Below, piece by piece: positions 49,486 through 59,154 of a stretch of 64,000 nt of DNA. The DNA lies in IMG/VR virus record IMGVR_UViG_2061766007_000699. One strand, given 5' to 3'. How positions within the stretch are numbered: the stretch's first letter is position 1; each line of letters begins with the position of its first letter. The position numbers and the translations under genes are program-made. Source of the stretch: an uncultured virus (IMG/VR IMGVR_UViG_2061766007_000699) (lineage: Duplodnaviria > Heunggongvirae > Uroviricota > Caudoviricetes). The notes beneath the pieces were generated by a model. That model ran no database searches. It was not told the origin of the DNA and saw only the letters and a list, made by a program, of their open reading frames with translations.

Positions 49486-50511
49486 ATGACACCAACTGAC
49501 GATACTATAGAGCAATTCATACAGGAAATCATATCCAAAAAGTCAGAGTTGCAACAGTTGCTGAATCCTAGCAACAGGATTCTCCTCATCACCCATACTG
49601 ACATGGATGGTGTTGGATGCGAGATGGTGCTCCGCAAGATTTGTCCAATCATTTTCCCAATCTACATGAGCCCAAGCGAGTTGGATTTGGTGATGGAAAC
49701 CCTAGACACTAGGGACTTTGACACGATATTTATCTCTGACCTTTGCTGTTCTCAGGACTACATCCTTTCAGACCCACGGGTGATTACCGTTGACCATCAC
49801 TCAACGGCCAAGAAATTCGCCTCAACGGACAAAAACATTTTCGTCAACGAAGCCGTCTCCGCAACACGGCTGTTGTATTTCTTCTACAAGATACTGACGG
49901 GGAAAGAAGACTCCTACATGGATGACTTCACTACCATCGTGGACGATTACGATACTTGGAAGATGAATGACTCTAGGTCTTATGCCTTCAACTACATGTT
50001 TGACCTCTATGGCATTCAGGGATTCAAGGAAAGATTTGGAGAAGATTTCAATCCCGAAATGACCAAAGACGAATGGGACAAATGGTATAAGGAAGAGAAA
50101 CGGATAAAGGATAATGTCGCTGTCATGCCCGTCTATGTCAAGGAATACAAGGGTAGTTGCAAGATTGGTGTCATCGTCAACAGCGAATACAAAAACGAGT
50201 ATTGCGAACAAATCCTGAAGGACAAATCAATCGGCCTTGACCTTCTGCTATACATTTGGTATCCGTTTGGAGGCTCTGTTCGCTTGAATCAGGACAACAC
50301 CACAATGAACATCGGTGAACTTCTGCAATCGCTCAAGGTAGGCGGAGGTCATGCTTATGCGGGAGGTTTCCGTTCCAAGGACAAGACCATTGCGGGGACA
50401 TTGGAGGCCATGCGAAAAATCATGGATGAATTTGCGAACAAGATAAGCGAAACCGATAAGCAGAATTTCATTGCTGAATCGTTAGATGAAAACGGAGAAA
50501 TGCCGTTTTAG
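49486..50511 (+). CDS. DHH/DHHA1 phosphoesterase
   Basis: HTDMDG, DHH and GGGH..AGG. Confidence 0.9.
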   Translation: MTPTDDTIEQFIQEIISKKSELQQLLNPSNRILLITHTDMDGVGCEMVLRKICPIIFPIYMSPSELDLVMETLDTRDFDTIFISDLCCSQDYILSDPRVITVDHHSTAKKFASTDKNIFVNEAVSATRLLYFFYKILTGKEDSYMDDFTTIVDDYDTWKMNDSRSYAFNYMFDLYGIQGFKERFGEDFNPEMTKDEWDKWYKEEKRIKDNVAVMPVYVKEYKGSCKIGVIVNSEYKNEYCEQILKDKSIGLDLLLYIWYPFGGSVRLNQDNTTMNIGELLQSLKVGGGHAYAGGFRSKDKTIAGTLEAMRKIMDEFANKISETDKQNFIAESLDENGEMPF

Positions 50512-50548
50512 AATTACTATCTTTGACCTTAAGAAAGAGGAATAGACT

Positions 50549-51490
50549 ATGGCAATCAAAGACTATCTGTGGGTAGAAAAGTATCGCCCAACTCATGTCA
50601 AAGACATCGTTCTACCCGCCAAGTTCTCCAAGTTCTTCGGGGACATCGTGAAGAACGGAGAGACCCCGAATCTGTTGTTGCATTCATCGGTGCCGGGCTC
50701 AGGAAAGACGGCTCTGTCCAAGGCTTTGGTGAATGACCTGAACGCTGACCACTTGTATATCAACATTTCTTCGGAATCGGGCATTGACACTCTGCGGTCA
50801 TCCATCGCTAATTTTGCAATGACAAAATCCATAACCATGCGCCCAAAGGTGGTGATTATGGACGAAGCAGACGGGGCAACGGCTCAGCTACAGGCGGGTC
50901 TCAGNNNNNNNNNNNNNNNNTGTAGGTTTATCCTCACTTGCAACTACATCAGCAAAATCATTCCCCCTCTTCGTGAAGGGCGAGTCATGCAATTTGACTT
51001 CAACATGACTGACAATGCCACGAGAGAGGAAATGATACCGAAAGTCTTGCGAAGACTAGAGGGCATTCTCAACAACGAGAATGTGGAATACGATAAGGAC
51101 ACGCTGAAGAAGTTGGTAGAGCGAGACTATCCTTCAATCAGAAAGATGGTGTCAACGCTTCAAAAGTATTCCGCCATGTATGGGCATATCGGCCCCGAAC
51201 TGATTACAACTACAATCGTTGACGATAAGCTATACGCACTAGTCAACGCAAAGAAGTTTTCGGAAGCTAGGGAAATGATAATCAAGAACAACTACGATAT
51301 TGGCGAGTTGTATCCCTCTTTCTACAGAGACTTCGTTCCTACTCTGAAAGGGATGGCCGAACAATGTCCTACCATTCTGACATTGGCCAAGTATCAGGCA
51401 CAACACCCCAATGCGATTGACCCTGAACTCAATTTTGCCGCATGTCTCTTGGAGATAATTCAGGGGCTGATTGAAGCGAGAGGAAACTAG
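50549..51490 (+). CDS. gp44: Clamp loader ATPase subunit (gp44-like)
   Basis: WVEKYRP, PGSGKT and DEAD; contains a short N gap. Confidence 0.95.
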   Translation: MAIKDYLWVEKYRPTHVKDIVLPAKFSKFFGDIVKNGETPNLLLHSSVPGSGKTALSKALVNDLNADHLYINISSESGIDTLRSSIANFAMTKSITMRPKVVIMDEADGATAQLQAGLXXXXXXCRFILTCNYISKIIPPLREGRVMQFDFNMTDNATREEMIPKVLRRLEGILNNENVEYDKDTLKKLVERDYPSIRKMVSTLQKYSAMYGHIGPELITTTIVDDKLYALVNAKKFSEAREMIIKNNYDIGELYPSFYRDFVPTLKGMAEQCPTILTLAKYQAQHPNAIDPELNFAACLLEIIQGLIEARGN

Positions 51491-51493
51491 TAG

Positions 51494-52036
51494 ATGACCT
51501 TTGAACAGGAAAGAGAAGTATTCGTTCAACTATACAGGTTTTATCTGTCCTGTAAGGGAAAGGAATGCTCTGACGATTTCGCAAAGGCAGAGTTTTCCGC
51601 TCTCAAAGAACATCAGTATAGAATTTTCACCAAGCTATGCAATCATATTGAGTTACACCATATAACCATGACCGAGGTAAAAGGCGCAATCACCGTATCG
51701 CTATTGACAAACAGCGATATTTGGGATGACCTGAACAACGATACATATCTCAACACGATAATTGAAAAGGTCATCGGATACAAACGGCTTGAATCTGATG
51801 AAAAGTTTTTGGATGAGTTTTGCAAGCGCAACAACACATCCATCAAGGAAATCTTCACTGTTCCGAACGGAGGACAGAGTTTTGCCTGTTCCTTTCTAAG
51901 AACAATGTTGATTGGCCCTAGGTGCTACATTGCTCACCTGAATGAGGCACCTGTGGGCTCTAACCCGAACAAAATACAGGTGGAAACAAACAACATAGTC
52001 GCTGTATTCAGCAAAGAGGTAGCAAATGATTGGTAG
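51494..52036 (+). CDS. Hypothetical protein at the T4 gp59 position
   Basis: Directly upstream of gp32; no convincing motif. Confidence 0.6.
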   Translation: MTFEQEREVFVQLYRFYLSCKGKECSDDFAKAEFSALKEHQYRIFTKLCNHIELHHITMTEVKGAITVSLLTNSDIWDDLNNDTYLNTIIEKVIGYKRLESDEKFLDEFCKRNNTSIKEIFTVPNGGQSFACSFLRTMLIGPRCYIAHLNEAPVGSNPNKIQVETNNIVAVFSKEVANDW

Positions 52037-52919
52037 AAAGTTTGATTGGTCTAACATCCACAAGGCCATTGAAGAAAAGACAGACAAGAACAACTACGGC
52101 AACGAAGACGAACATCTGTATAGCCTGAAGCTAGACGAAAACGGCAATGGCTCAGCAATCATTCGTTTTCTACCGCAGAAGGATGGCGAGGCCCTTCCTT
52201 GGGTGGAACGGCACAGCCACGGTTTCAAGGGGACTAACAGTTGGTATATTGAAAACTGTCCCACATCAATCGGCAAGCCCTGTCCTGTGTGCGAATACAA
52301 CAACACGCACCGAGGCGAATACACCAACGGCAACATCAATCAGCGGAGAAGGACTACCAAGTATTACTCCAACATTCTAGTCATCAAAGACCCTGAATGT
52401 CCTGAGAACGAAGGCAAGGTCTTCCGCTTCCGCTATGGTCGCACCATCTTCAAGATGATTATGGACAAGATTTCGCCCAAGAGCAAGATTGACACCCCCG
52501 TAGAAGTGTTTGACTACTACAAGGGTGCCAACTTCAAGCTAAAGATTACATCCAAGACCATCCCCACGAGCAAGAAGCCCGTTCCTGACTATGCCACGAG
52601 CACTTTTGCGGAGCCGGGCCCAATCATTCTTCATGACGAAATCGCCACGGATGAAATGATTGAACAGATTGATAAGCAACTCTATTCGCTAGAAGAGTTG
52701 GTCAGCGAGGACAAGTTCAAGAGTTACGAAGAACTCAAGTCCAAGTTCGCCAAGGCGGACAGCGTTTTCCTAGGGGTTTCTCCTAGGGCCGAAAACGCAC
52801 CTGTGGCTCCTAGTGCTCCTACCCCCGCTCCTACTCCGAAGCCGTCTGCCGCTGAATCCATCACCGATACTGATGACGATTCAGATGTCGCTTTCTTTGC
52901 CAAGCTACGGAAAGAATAG
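52026..52919 (+). CDS. gp32: Single-stranded DNA-binding protein (gp32-like)
   Basis: AIIRFLP, WYIENC...CPVC, GANFKLK and an acidic tail. Confidence 0.96.
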   Translation: MIGRKFDWSNIHKAIEEKTDKNNYGNEDEHLYSLKLDENGNGSAIIRFLPQKDGEALPWVERHSHGFKGTNSWYIENCPTSIGKPCPVCEYNNTHRGEYTNGNINQRRRTTKYYSNILVIKDPECPENEGKVFRFRYGRTIFKMIMDKISPKSKIDTPVEVFDYYKGANFKLKITSKTIPTSKKPVPDYATSTFAEPGPIILHDEIATDEMIEQIDKQLYSLEELVSEDKFKSYEELKSKFAKADSVFLGVSPRAENAPVAPSAPTPAPTPKPSAAESITDTDDDSDVAFFAKLRKE

Positions 52920-52932
52920 CGAGGTCTGAGAG

Positions 52933-52972
52933 AACAAAAAAGAGACGGTCTTGCGACCGTCTCTTTTGTTTT
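52933..52972. terminator. Bidirectional intrinsic terminator
   Basis: AAAAGAGACGGTC-TTGC-GACCGTCTCTTTT between convergent genes. Confidence 0.9.
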
Positions 52973-53017
52973 ATCGTATTGATTACTTATGTTTTTTCTG
53001 TTTATTCTTACTTATAT

Positions 53018-54796
53018 TTAGACCAACACCACATACGGCATATACGAGCTAGGCTCTTGCGAATACGCATCAAAGTCTTCTTTCTCCGTAATGATGTCCG
53101 AATTGTATGCGACAGCCAAGTTGCCCATGTCATTTGAATTGACGGCAAAAGAAGTCAGACAACATCCATCACCCTGTCCTGAAAGGTCTTTTACGGAGAA
53201 CAATAGCCAATAGTTTTTGTTATCATCCAACTGAGTGTCTTCAAAGGTGAATCTGAATTTTTTGTCAGTTCCGATATTCGTGGTGTCAAAGGAACTAGTC
53301 TCCGCCACTTTCGTTACGGTGTCATACCAACTTCCTTCACCTTCAAAAACCACGGCACTGAAAGAAATGTTTTCGGGTAGATTAACATTGTCTAGAGTGG
53401 GAATGAAATAACCCCCGTGAAGCATGTTGCTCTTGGGATTGAAACGATAGAGGAAAGTTGCGGCATCATAGGAAGTTCCGTAGGTTTGACGGCTGAACAT
53501 GTCCCCGATTTCAGCGACCATTCCTCCTGAGCCTCCGCCAACATCGGACAGATAGGCGATTTTGTCCCATCCTGAAGTGGTGTTGTTGTAGACATTGACA
53601 CGGTTATCGTCTGTGGTGTAGTATTGACGGCCGGGGTCTTTGCCGTAAGAGGTTATGGCATCTCTAGCAGAAGTTTCGCCATAGCCGTATACAACACCAC
53701 CGTCTGCTTGTTGCTGAGAAACAGGAATGACATCGTTCGGCCAAGTTCTTCCTGTTACGATTTTTCTAGCGTATATCGGGGCTGTTGTGCATGATGTGGC
53801 ACAGAACATGATTTTGTCATGGAAAATGCTCCAACCCGATTTTACTCTTAAAGCCACAGTGTCGCATTTAGCTCTCGTGTCACCGTATTTGTTTGTGGCC
53901 GAAGAGCAGATTTCAAACATACCCGATGGGTTATTTGTTTCGTTTCCTCTACAAAGAGATAGATATGACCTAGCTGAATTGTAGGACGCACCTGACCATT
54001 CGGGAACGGGGCCGGGATCGCATGGGAACATGAAACCGATTCGTCCACCATAAGCGGAAGCATTTGTGTAGCTCATCAGGTCATAAGGGTTAAACGAGTT
54101 CAGTGCTGAAGTCGCTCTGTTGGAATTATTGTATGCACCAATATATATATTACTTCCATTGGTAGCTACCGCCAACGAATATCCCAACAAACTATATGCC
54201 GATGTCGTGCTCTGTCCTGTATCACCGAGAAGAATAATGTTTTTTCTTGAAGCAATTTTTCTGTATCTGATACCACACCCAAGCCAATCAATTCGGTATG
54301 GTGCACCCAAGTCAAATCCGTGAGTGTTGACCCTGAACAGACTTTCGTTCAGAGAAAGCCTCACACCTGAGTTGGTGATGGATTCAGCGTTCTGTGTGTT
54401 GTAGCCATACTTACCTCGTATATCCAAGAAATTATTGCTAGTGGCCGAAGTGTTGTATGTCCCGATGGTATTACCTGAAGTTACGCTACTTCTGCTGAGA
54501 ATGTCGCAATAGACCAACTCACCACCCGAAGTAACCATCAAAGTCTGACCTGAAGTGCCGATAGGCATTCTAATAGCATCACCGTTCTCATCACCTATAA
54601 TCAAATCGCCTTTTGTAGTGATTGGTATTGAACCTCCACTACCATGTTCATCAACATAATTTTTAACAGCACTTTCCGTAACTAGAGTGTTATTTGAGTT
54701 CGCAGTAGTGATTTCTGTTGATATTGAATAAATTTCTTGACCATCAACACCTGATGTATTGATACAAAATCCGTCTTTGATTTGAAATATCGCCAT
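53018..54796 (-). CDS. Fibre/appendage-like virion protein
   Basis: LVTESAVKNYVD, TTKGDLIIG repeat and YYTTD..RV.VY...W motif. Confidence 0.72.
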   Translation of the reverse strand: MAIFQIKDGFCINTSGVDGQEIYSISTEITTANSNNTLVTESAVKNYVDEHGSGGSIPITTKGDLIIGDENGDAIRMPIGTSGQTLMVTSGGELVYCDILSRSSVTSGNTIGTYNTSATSNNFLDIRGKYGYNTQNAESITNSGVRLSLNESLFRVNTHGFDLGAPYRIDWLGCGIRYRKIASRKNIILLGDTGQSTTSAYSLLGYSLAVATNGSNIYIGAYNNSNRATSALNSFNPYDLMSYTNASAYGGRIGFMFPCDPGPVPEWSGASYNSARSYLSLCRGNETNNPSGMFEICSSATNKYGDTRAKCDTVALRVKSGWSIFHDKIMFCATSCTTAPIYARKIVTGRTWPNDVIPVSQQQADGGVVYGYGETSARDAITSYGKDPGRQYYTTDDNRVNVYNNTTSGWDKIAYLSDVGGGSGGMVAEIGDMFSRQTYGTSYDAATFLYRFNPKSNMLHGGYFIPTLDNVNLPENISFSAVVFEGEGSWYDTVTKVAETSSFDTTNIGTDKKFRFTFEDTQLDDNKNYWLLFSVKDLSGQGDGCCLTSFAVNSNDMGNLAVAYNSDIITEKEDFDAYSQEPSSYMPYVVLV

Positions 54797-54810
54797 ATCA
54801 TTCTACCCCA

Positions 54811-56724
54811 TTATACAGAAAACGAATTTAATTGAATCCAAGGAACTCTACCAACAGCAGTCCATGAACCCGTTAAATCAAAATATGAAGATGGCGGAGA
54901 ATATACGCTACCTGTCGCATTCGTCCCCCATTCGTTGAATGTTGTATCAGGAGATTTAACACCAACCCAAGCAAAATTAGAACCGTTATATCTGAATACG
55001 ACCCTATAGAATTTGTTTTGTTCTATATTTACAGGAGAATCAAAATTGAATGTGGCAACTGTGTCTCCCCAATCTGTTGATGGGTGTTTATCGTCAGACC
55101 AAGTGAACGAAGAAATTAACGGAGCACCGTCAGCGTTTTTATCATATATTCCAACCCACATTGCGAATGATGTTTTTGAATATGGATTGTCTCTAGTCCA
55201 AACAGAAAATGAACGAATGACTTTTGGAAGTTGGGCACCCCACACACAAACAATATGAATGGTGTTTCCAACAGCGGGTGTGTATGAACAATTCGGATAG
55301 CCTGTTTGATAAATCGTAGGACTAGTTGATAAAGAACTTCCACTTTCAGCCCATCCTATACCTGATGAACCAACAGTCAATACCTGACCTAGAGAACCTA
55401 TTTCTAATCGTTCGGGGCTACCGCTTGTTCCTCCAACAATCAAATCACCCGCTGAAGACATCGGGTTTTCCATCCACTTGATAGGAGGATTGACAGAAGG
55501 CTCAACAGTTCCTTCAAGCACCGTCCCTGTCGCATTTATCCAAGCATCACCGTAGCGGTAGATGATGTATCCCAAGTCAGTGTCTAAAATGTAATCGCCT
55601 GTGTTTGCCGTTTGAGGTCTGTTTCTTGAATCAAACGCACCGAGATACAGGCTAGAGGGCTCAGGAACATACAATCCCTCATGTCCTGATGTGGTCACGA
55701 TTTCCAATTGGTTTCCTGATGTGTCTGAAATCCTCACTTCAGCGGTGAGTTTTGCGCTCCCATCCAAATCAAGATGAACGGAATCGGTATCGCCAATGGA
55801 TGAAACGGCACCGCCCGAAGAATCAGTCCAACCGATACCCGATGTGGTGATTGAAAGTGTCTGACCGACAGAGCCAATCGGCAATCTAGTTGGAGACCCC
55901 GAAGTTCCTCCAACGATTATATCACCCGCTGAAGTCATCGGATTGGTCATCTTGACAGAAGTGGCCGAACTGATTGCCGAGCGAATGGCCTTTTCCGTTG
56001 GGATTTTGTTGTCTGACCCTGTGGAATCAAGAGATGTCACGATAGTGGAGATTGCGGGTTGAGGAACATAGACACCCGAATCCTTGATGAGACGGATTGC
56101 AATAGCACTTTTATTTGTATCAGAAGTTGTATATGTGCCTATTGACCAAGTTGAACTTATATCCCAGTGTTTTCTCCCATAGCTTACCGAGTCCGTTGCT
56201 GTCCACATATACCCAATGTTATTACCGTTTGGGTTTGACGGTGTTCTGTCGCAAAAAGAGAAACCTTCATTGTAATAACCTGTCGGGACTAGCGATAATC
56301 CTGAATCATTTGTTCCTGCAGTGGATAGAGCCCAATAATTAGAATTGAGCTTTGCTGAACTGACATGATTTCCATAAGTGGAATCAAGGAAATTTGAAAG
56401 TTCTGTTATTTCTGCTTCTGTTGGTATGTGCCACCCGTCAGGAACAGCCCAATCAAGTGAACCTATTGTATAAAGTGCACCACGCTCAAAGGGAAAATCA
56501 TTGTAGTTCTGCACATCCTTATATCTCCACGCATGACCTTCGCTTTGCGTTGTGGTGTGAGGAACCCAATCTCCTTGCTTGCCGCCATAGTTGAAATTGA
56601 CGGTCATCCAAATCTGATTGCCGAACTGCTTGTAGGGATATACCTGACCATCTCGCACATCAGTCCAAGTCCCCTCAGTGCTCACCTCTTCTACGATTTG
56701 CCACGCATCTTTGATTTTGAACAT
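54811..56724 (-). CDS. Fibre-like protein with N-terminal FISUMP (Fib_succ_major) domain
   Basis: TDVRDGQVY...GNQIWM..N.NY, GALY, PDGWHIPT, GTNDSG.S..P.G and RLIKD; two NPM..AGD repeats. Confidence 0.82.
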   Translation of the reverse strand: MFKIKDAWQIVEEVSTEGTWTDVRDGQVYPYKQFGNQIWMTVNFNYGGKQGDWVPHTTTQSEGHAWRYKDVQNYNDFPFERGALYTIGSLDWAVPDGWHIPTEAEITELSNFLDSTYGNHVSSAKLNSNYWALSTAGTNDSGLSLVPTGYYNEGFSFCDRTPSNPNGNNIGYMWTATDSVSYGRKHWDISSTWSIGTYTTSDTNKSAIAIRLIKDSGVYVPQPAISTIVTSLDSTGSDNKIPTEKAIRSAISSATSVKMTNPMTSAGDIIVGGTSGSPTRLPIGSVGQTLSITTSGIGWTDSSGGAVSSIGDTDSVHLDLDGSAKLTAEVRISDTSGNQLEIVTTSGHEGLYVPEPSSLYLGAFDSRNRPQTANTGDYILDTDLGYIIYRYGDAWINATGTVLEGTVEPSVNPPIKWMENPMSSAGDLIVGGTSGSPERLEIGSLGQVLTVGSSGIGWAESGSSLSTSPTIYQTGYPNCSYTPAVGNTIHIVCVWGAQLPKVIRSFSVWTRDNPYSKTSFAMWVGIYDKNADGAPLISSFTWSDDKHPSTDWGDTVATFNFDSPVNIEQNKFYRVVFRYNGSNFAWVGVKSPDTTFNEWGTNATGSVYSPPSSYFDLTGSWTAVGRVPWIQLNSFSV

Positions 56725-56740
56725 ACGATATTATCCTCTC

Positions 56741-58551
56741 TTAAACTGTCGCACCCGCAGAGTTCTTCCATTCACCGCCAATGTAGTATATGACACAATC
56801 TATCGTTGTATCGTATCCGTATTGACCTTCGGTAGGATTGGCGGGTNNNNNNNNNNNNNNNNNNNNNNNNNNNNNNNNNNNNNNNNNNNNNNNNNNNNNN
56901 NNNNNNNNNNNNNNNNNNNNNNNNCCGCTGTGGCCGAAGTTCTAATCGTGTCTTTCTTGACACCGAAACGGAACATCTGACCCCCCACATAGGAGGTAGC
57001 CAATATGCCGTTCAAATCGTCCGAGCCGTGGTCTTGGTCTTCCACATCCACTATGGCCGCTGATGTTGCGGAGGTCAATCTAGTGGCGGAATTAATCATC
57101 ATGTTGGATGATACAAAAGTGATGTCTCCGCTAGAAGCGACCACATTGACTATTGGTGTGTTTCCGTTGGTAGAGAATCTAAACCCCGTCCCCTCTCCTG
57201 TGATTAGGGCATATTGATTGGAAACCGTGTCCGTGATATATGGAGCATTTCTGCTTATTTGAAAGGATGCTGAAGTTGAAACCTTGTTGCCGCCTTTCAC
57301 ATAGATGTCATGTTCGGCTGAAGTGAACATGTCGTAATCAGCATGGGCAGAAACATTGCGGGTGCTGTCCAACAAAAGAGTTGTTCCTTCGGTAGCTTCT
57401 ATCTCAGCGTTCGGTGCATGAATGCCTGTGAGCAATCTCCATTCAAGTTCACCGCTAGTGTTTGGTGTGAGGATTTTTCCTTCATCAGCAGAAGTGAAGT
57501 CAGGCATGTCGGTGCCAACATAAAGACCGTTATCGTTCTCGCTGAACTTCGCTTTGTTTCCTTCGTCTTCGGAAAGCAGAATGCCTATGTTCCATGTCCC
57601 CGAAGTGTCAGGAACAGCGTTGATGCCGCTGACAGAGCTGATGGATTGAACTTCCGTTGTTACGTTGATGGTGAAGTTTCCATTGCCGTCATCGTCTATC
57701 CGTATCCCTTCTCCCTCTAGAATGCTTTTGACAGGGACTTCGGGGATTTCCGTTTCAGGAACATAGAGACCATCATCCTTGATGTTCAAAATGTTTCCTG
57801 AAGTTTCGGATATGTTGACAATAGCGGACAATGTTTTGTCATCCACAAACAAAAGAACGCTATGGCTGTCCGTTGCTGAAGTGATGTAGTCTTCCTTTGT
57901 GTTGGAAACTACCACTTTTTCGTTTTCAACACTCAGACTGATTCCTTCACCTTCAGCCAATTTGTCAAACAGATACCCCATGTGCTCGTCAGCGGATGTG
58001 GTCTTGACTTGGCCTTGATTAGTCATGCTTTCATAGATGTCTGTCAATTCGGGGGTGTAGACAATGACGGTGCCCTTGCTTTCAGGGTCTATTTCCGAAG
58101 CCCCTTTCCAAATAATCTTGAATGGGGTGCCTTCCGTAACTACCTGTTCACCGAAATCATAGTAGGAGATTAGCTCTGTTTCGCCTTCGGGGTATTCGCC
58201 TTCTACAACTGTGCTACCATCTTTGTTTCTGAAAATCACACACCCACAGGCGGAAAACCAAGTCTCGCCTTCAAATATGGCGGAAAATGCTTTGATGAGA
58301 ACATTCGCATCCACACCGATTTCGTTATAGGCAAGTTCTACACCATCCAAAGACTTGACACCGTAGATTTCGGGGATGGTGATGTTGTAGTCAATAGCGA
58401 CATATTCCTTGATGGAATCCAATGATTTGTAAGTGCAGTTGAACGGACAGGATTTGATTAGCGCAATCCCAAGATTGGTGTCATTGTCAGCAATGTATTC
58501 GCCGCCATTCTTGAAAACATTGACATATTCGTTGAAAATGAAATTGCCCAT
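56741..58551 (-). CDS. Fibre/appendage-like virion protein spanning an N gap
   Basis: After the gap the frame PANPTEGQYGYDTTIDCVIYYIGGEWKNSAGATV* (stop 56741) matches a motif in the neighbouring gene. N-terminus resembles 15558-17867. Confidence 0.75.
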
Positions 58552-58568
58552 CAGAAATCCTCCAAGGT

Positions 58569-58594
58569 TATTTAGTTTGGCGGAGAACTAAATA
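58569..58594. promoter_or_regulatory. Back-to-back CTAAATA late promoters forming an inverted repeat
   Basis: TATTTAGTT-N8-AACTAAATA. Confidence 0.65.
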
Positions 58595-58608
58595 TGTCGC
58601 TTTGAAAT

Positions 58609-58640
58609 GAAAAGAGGCGGTCAGGAGACCGCCTCTTTGT
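58609..58640. terminator. Intrinsic terminator
   Basis: AAAGAGGCGGTC-AGGA-GACCGCCTCTTT. Confidence 0.85.
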
Positions 58641-58659
58641 TCTTATGCCAAGGTGAGGT

Positions 58660-59133
58660 TTAATCCATGTCTAGCTGAGAGATTGAGGTGAACTTGGATA
58701 GAGCCTTTTCAACGCTAGCGATAAATTCCTTGGTGATTTCCACTTCGTCTTCTAGACCAAGTTCGTTTGCGACCGCATTCCAAAGTCTTTCAACAAGAGC
58801 CATCATGCACAGACACCAAAACTTTTCGGGGTGTTCCCAAAAGTCCTTGCCAATATCCATATCAAGTTCGCTCTTGTAGTAGCTAACACAGTATTCGGAA
58901 AGACCCCAATTCTGAATGCTCTTTTCAATGCACTTTTGAGTTCCAACGAGCCAATATCCCTGACGATTTTCATCTTCGGTGATTTCCATACCGATGTCAG
59001 AAACATACTCAGTCTGTCCTTCCATTTCACCAAGCCAATCAAGAATTTTGTCCTTGGCCTCGTCTACGGCTTCAAAGCAATCATAATTAAGAGGCTCGTT
59101 TCCTTCTTTGATAATTCTACGCATGTGCTTCAT
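58660..59133 (-). CDS. Tagged acidic protein
   Basis: Leader MKHMRRIIKE; AGGAG SD. Confidence 0.8.
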   Translation of the reverse strand: MKHMRRIIKEGNEPLNYDCFEAVDEAKDKILDWLGEMEGQTEYVSDIGMEITEDENRQGYWLVGTQKCIEKSIQNWGLSEYCVSYYKSELDMDIGKDFWEHPEKFWCLCMMALVERLWNAVANELGLEDEVEITKEFIASVEKALSKFTSISQLDMD

Positions 59134-59154
59134 GTTTGTTCTCCTATATTGAAT

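Noticed and set aside
42343..50525. Bacteroidota TAnnTTTG promoters (42343, 50518)
   Set aside because: Only two matches; clear SD sequences and TTGACA-N17-TATATT promoters fit a canonical sigma70 host better.
54811..56724. Diversity-generating retroelement target
   Set aside because: No reverse transcriptase and no adenine-variable template/variable repeat pair seen in the window.
56800..56846. Track C-terminus PPILPKVNTDTIQR
   Set aside because: The frame is uncertain across the gap; another frame ending at 56741 matches a paralogous motif.
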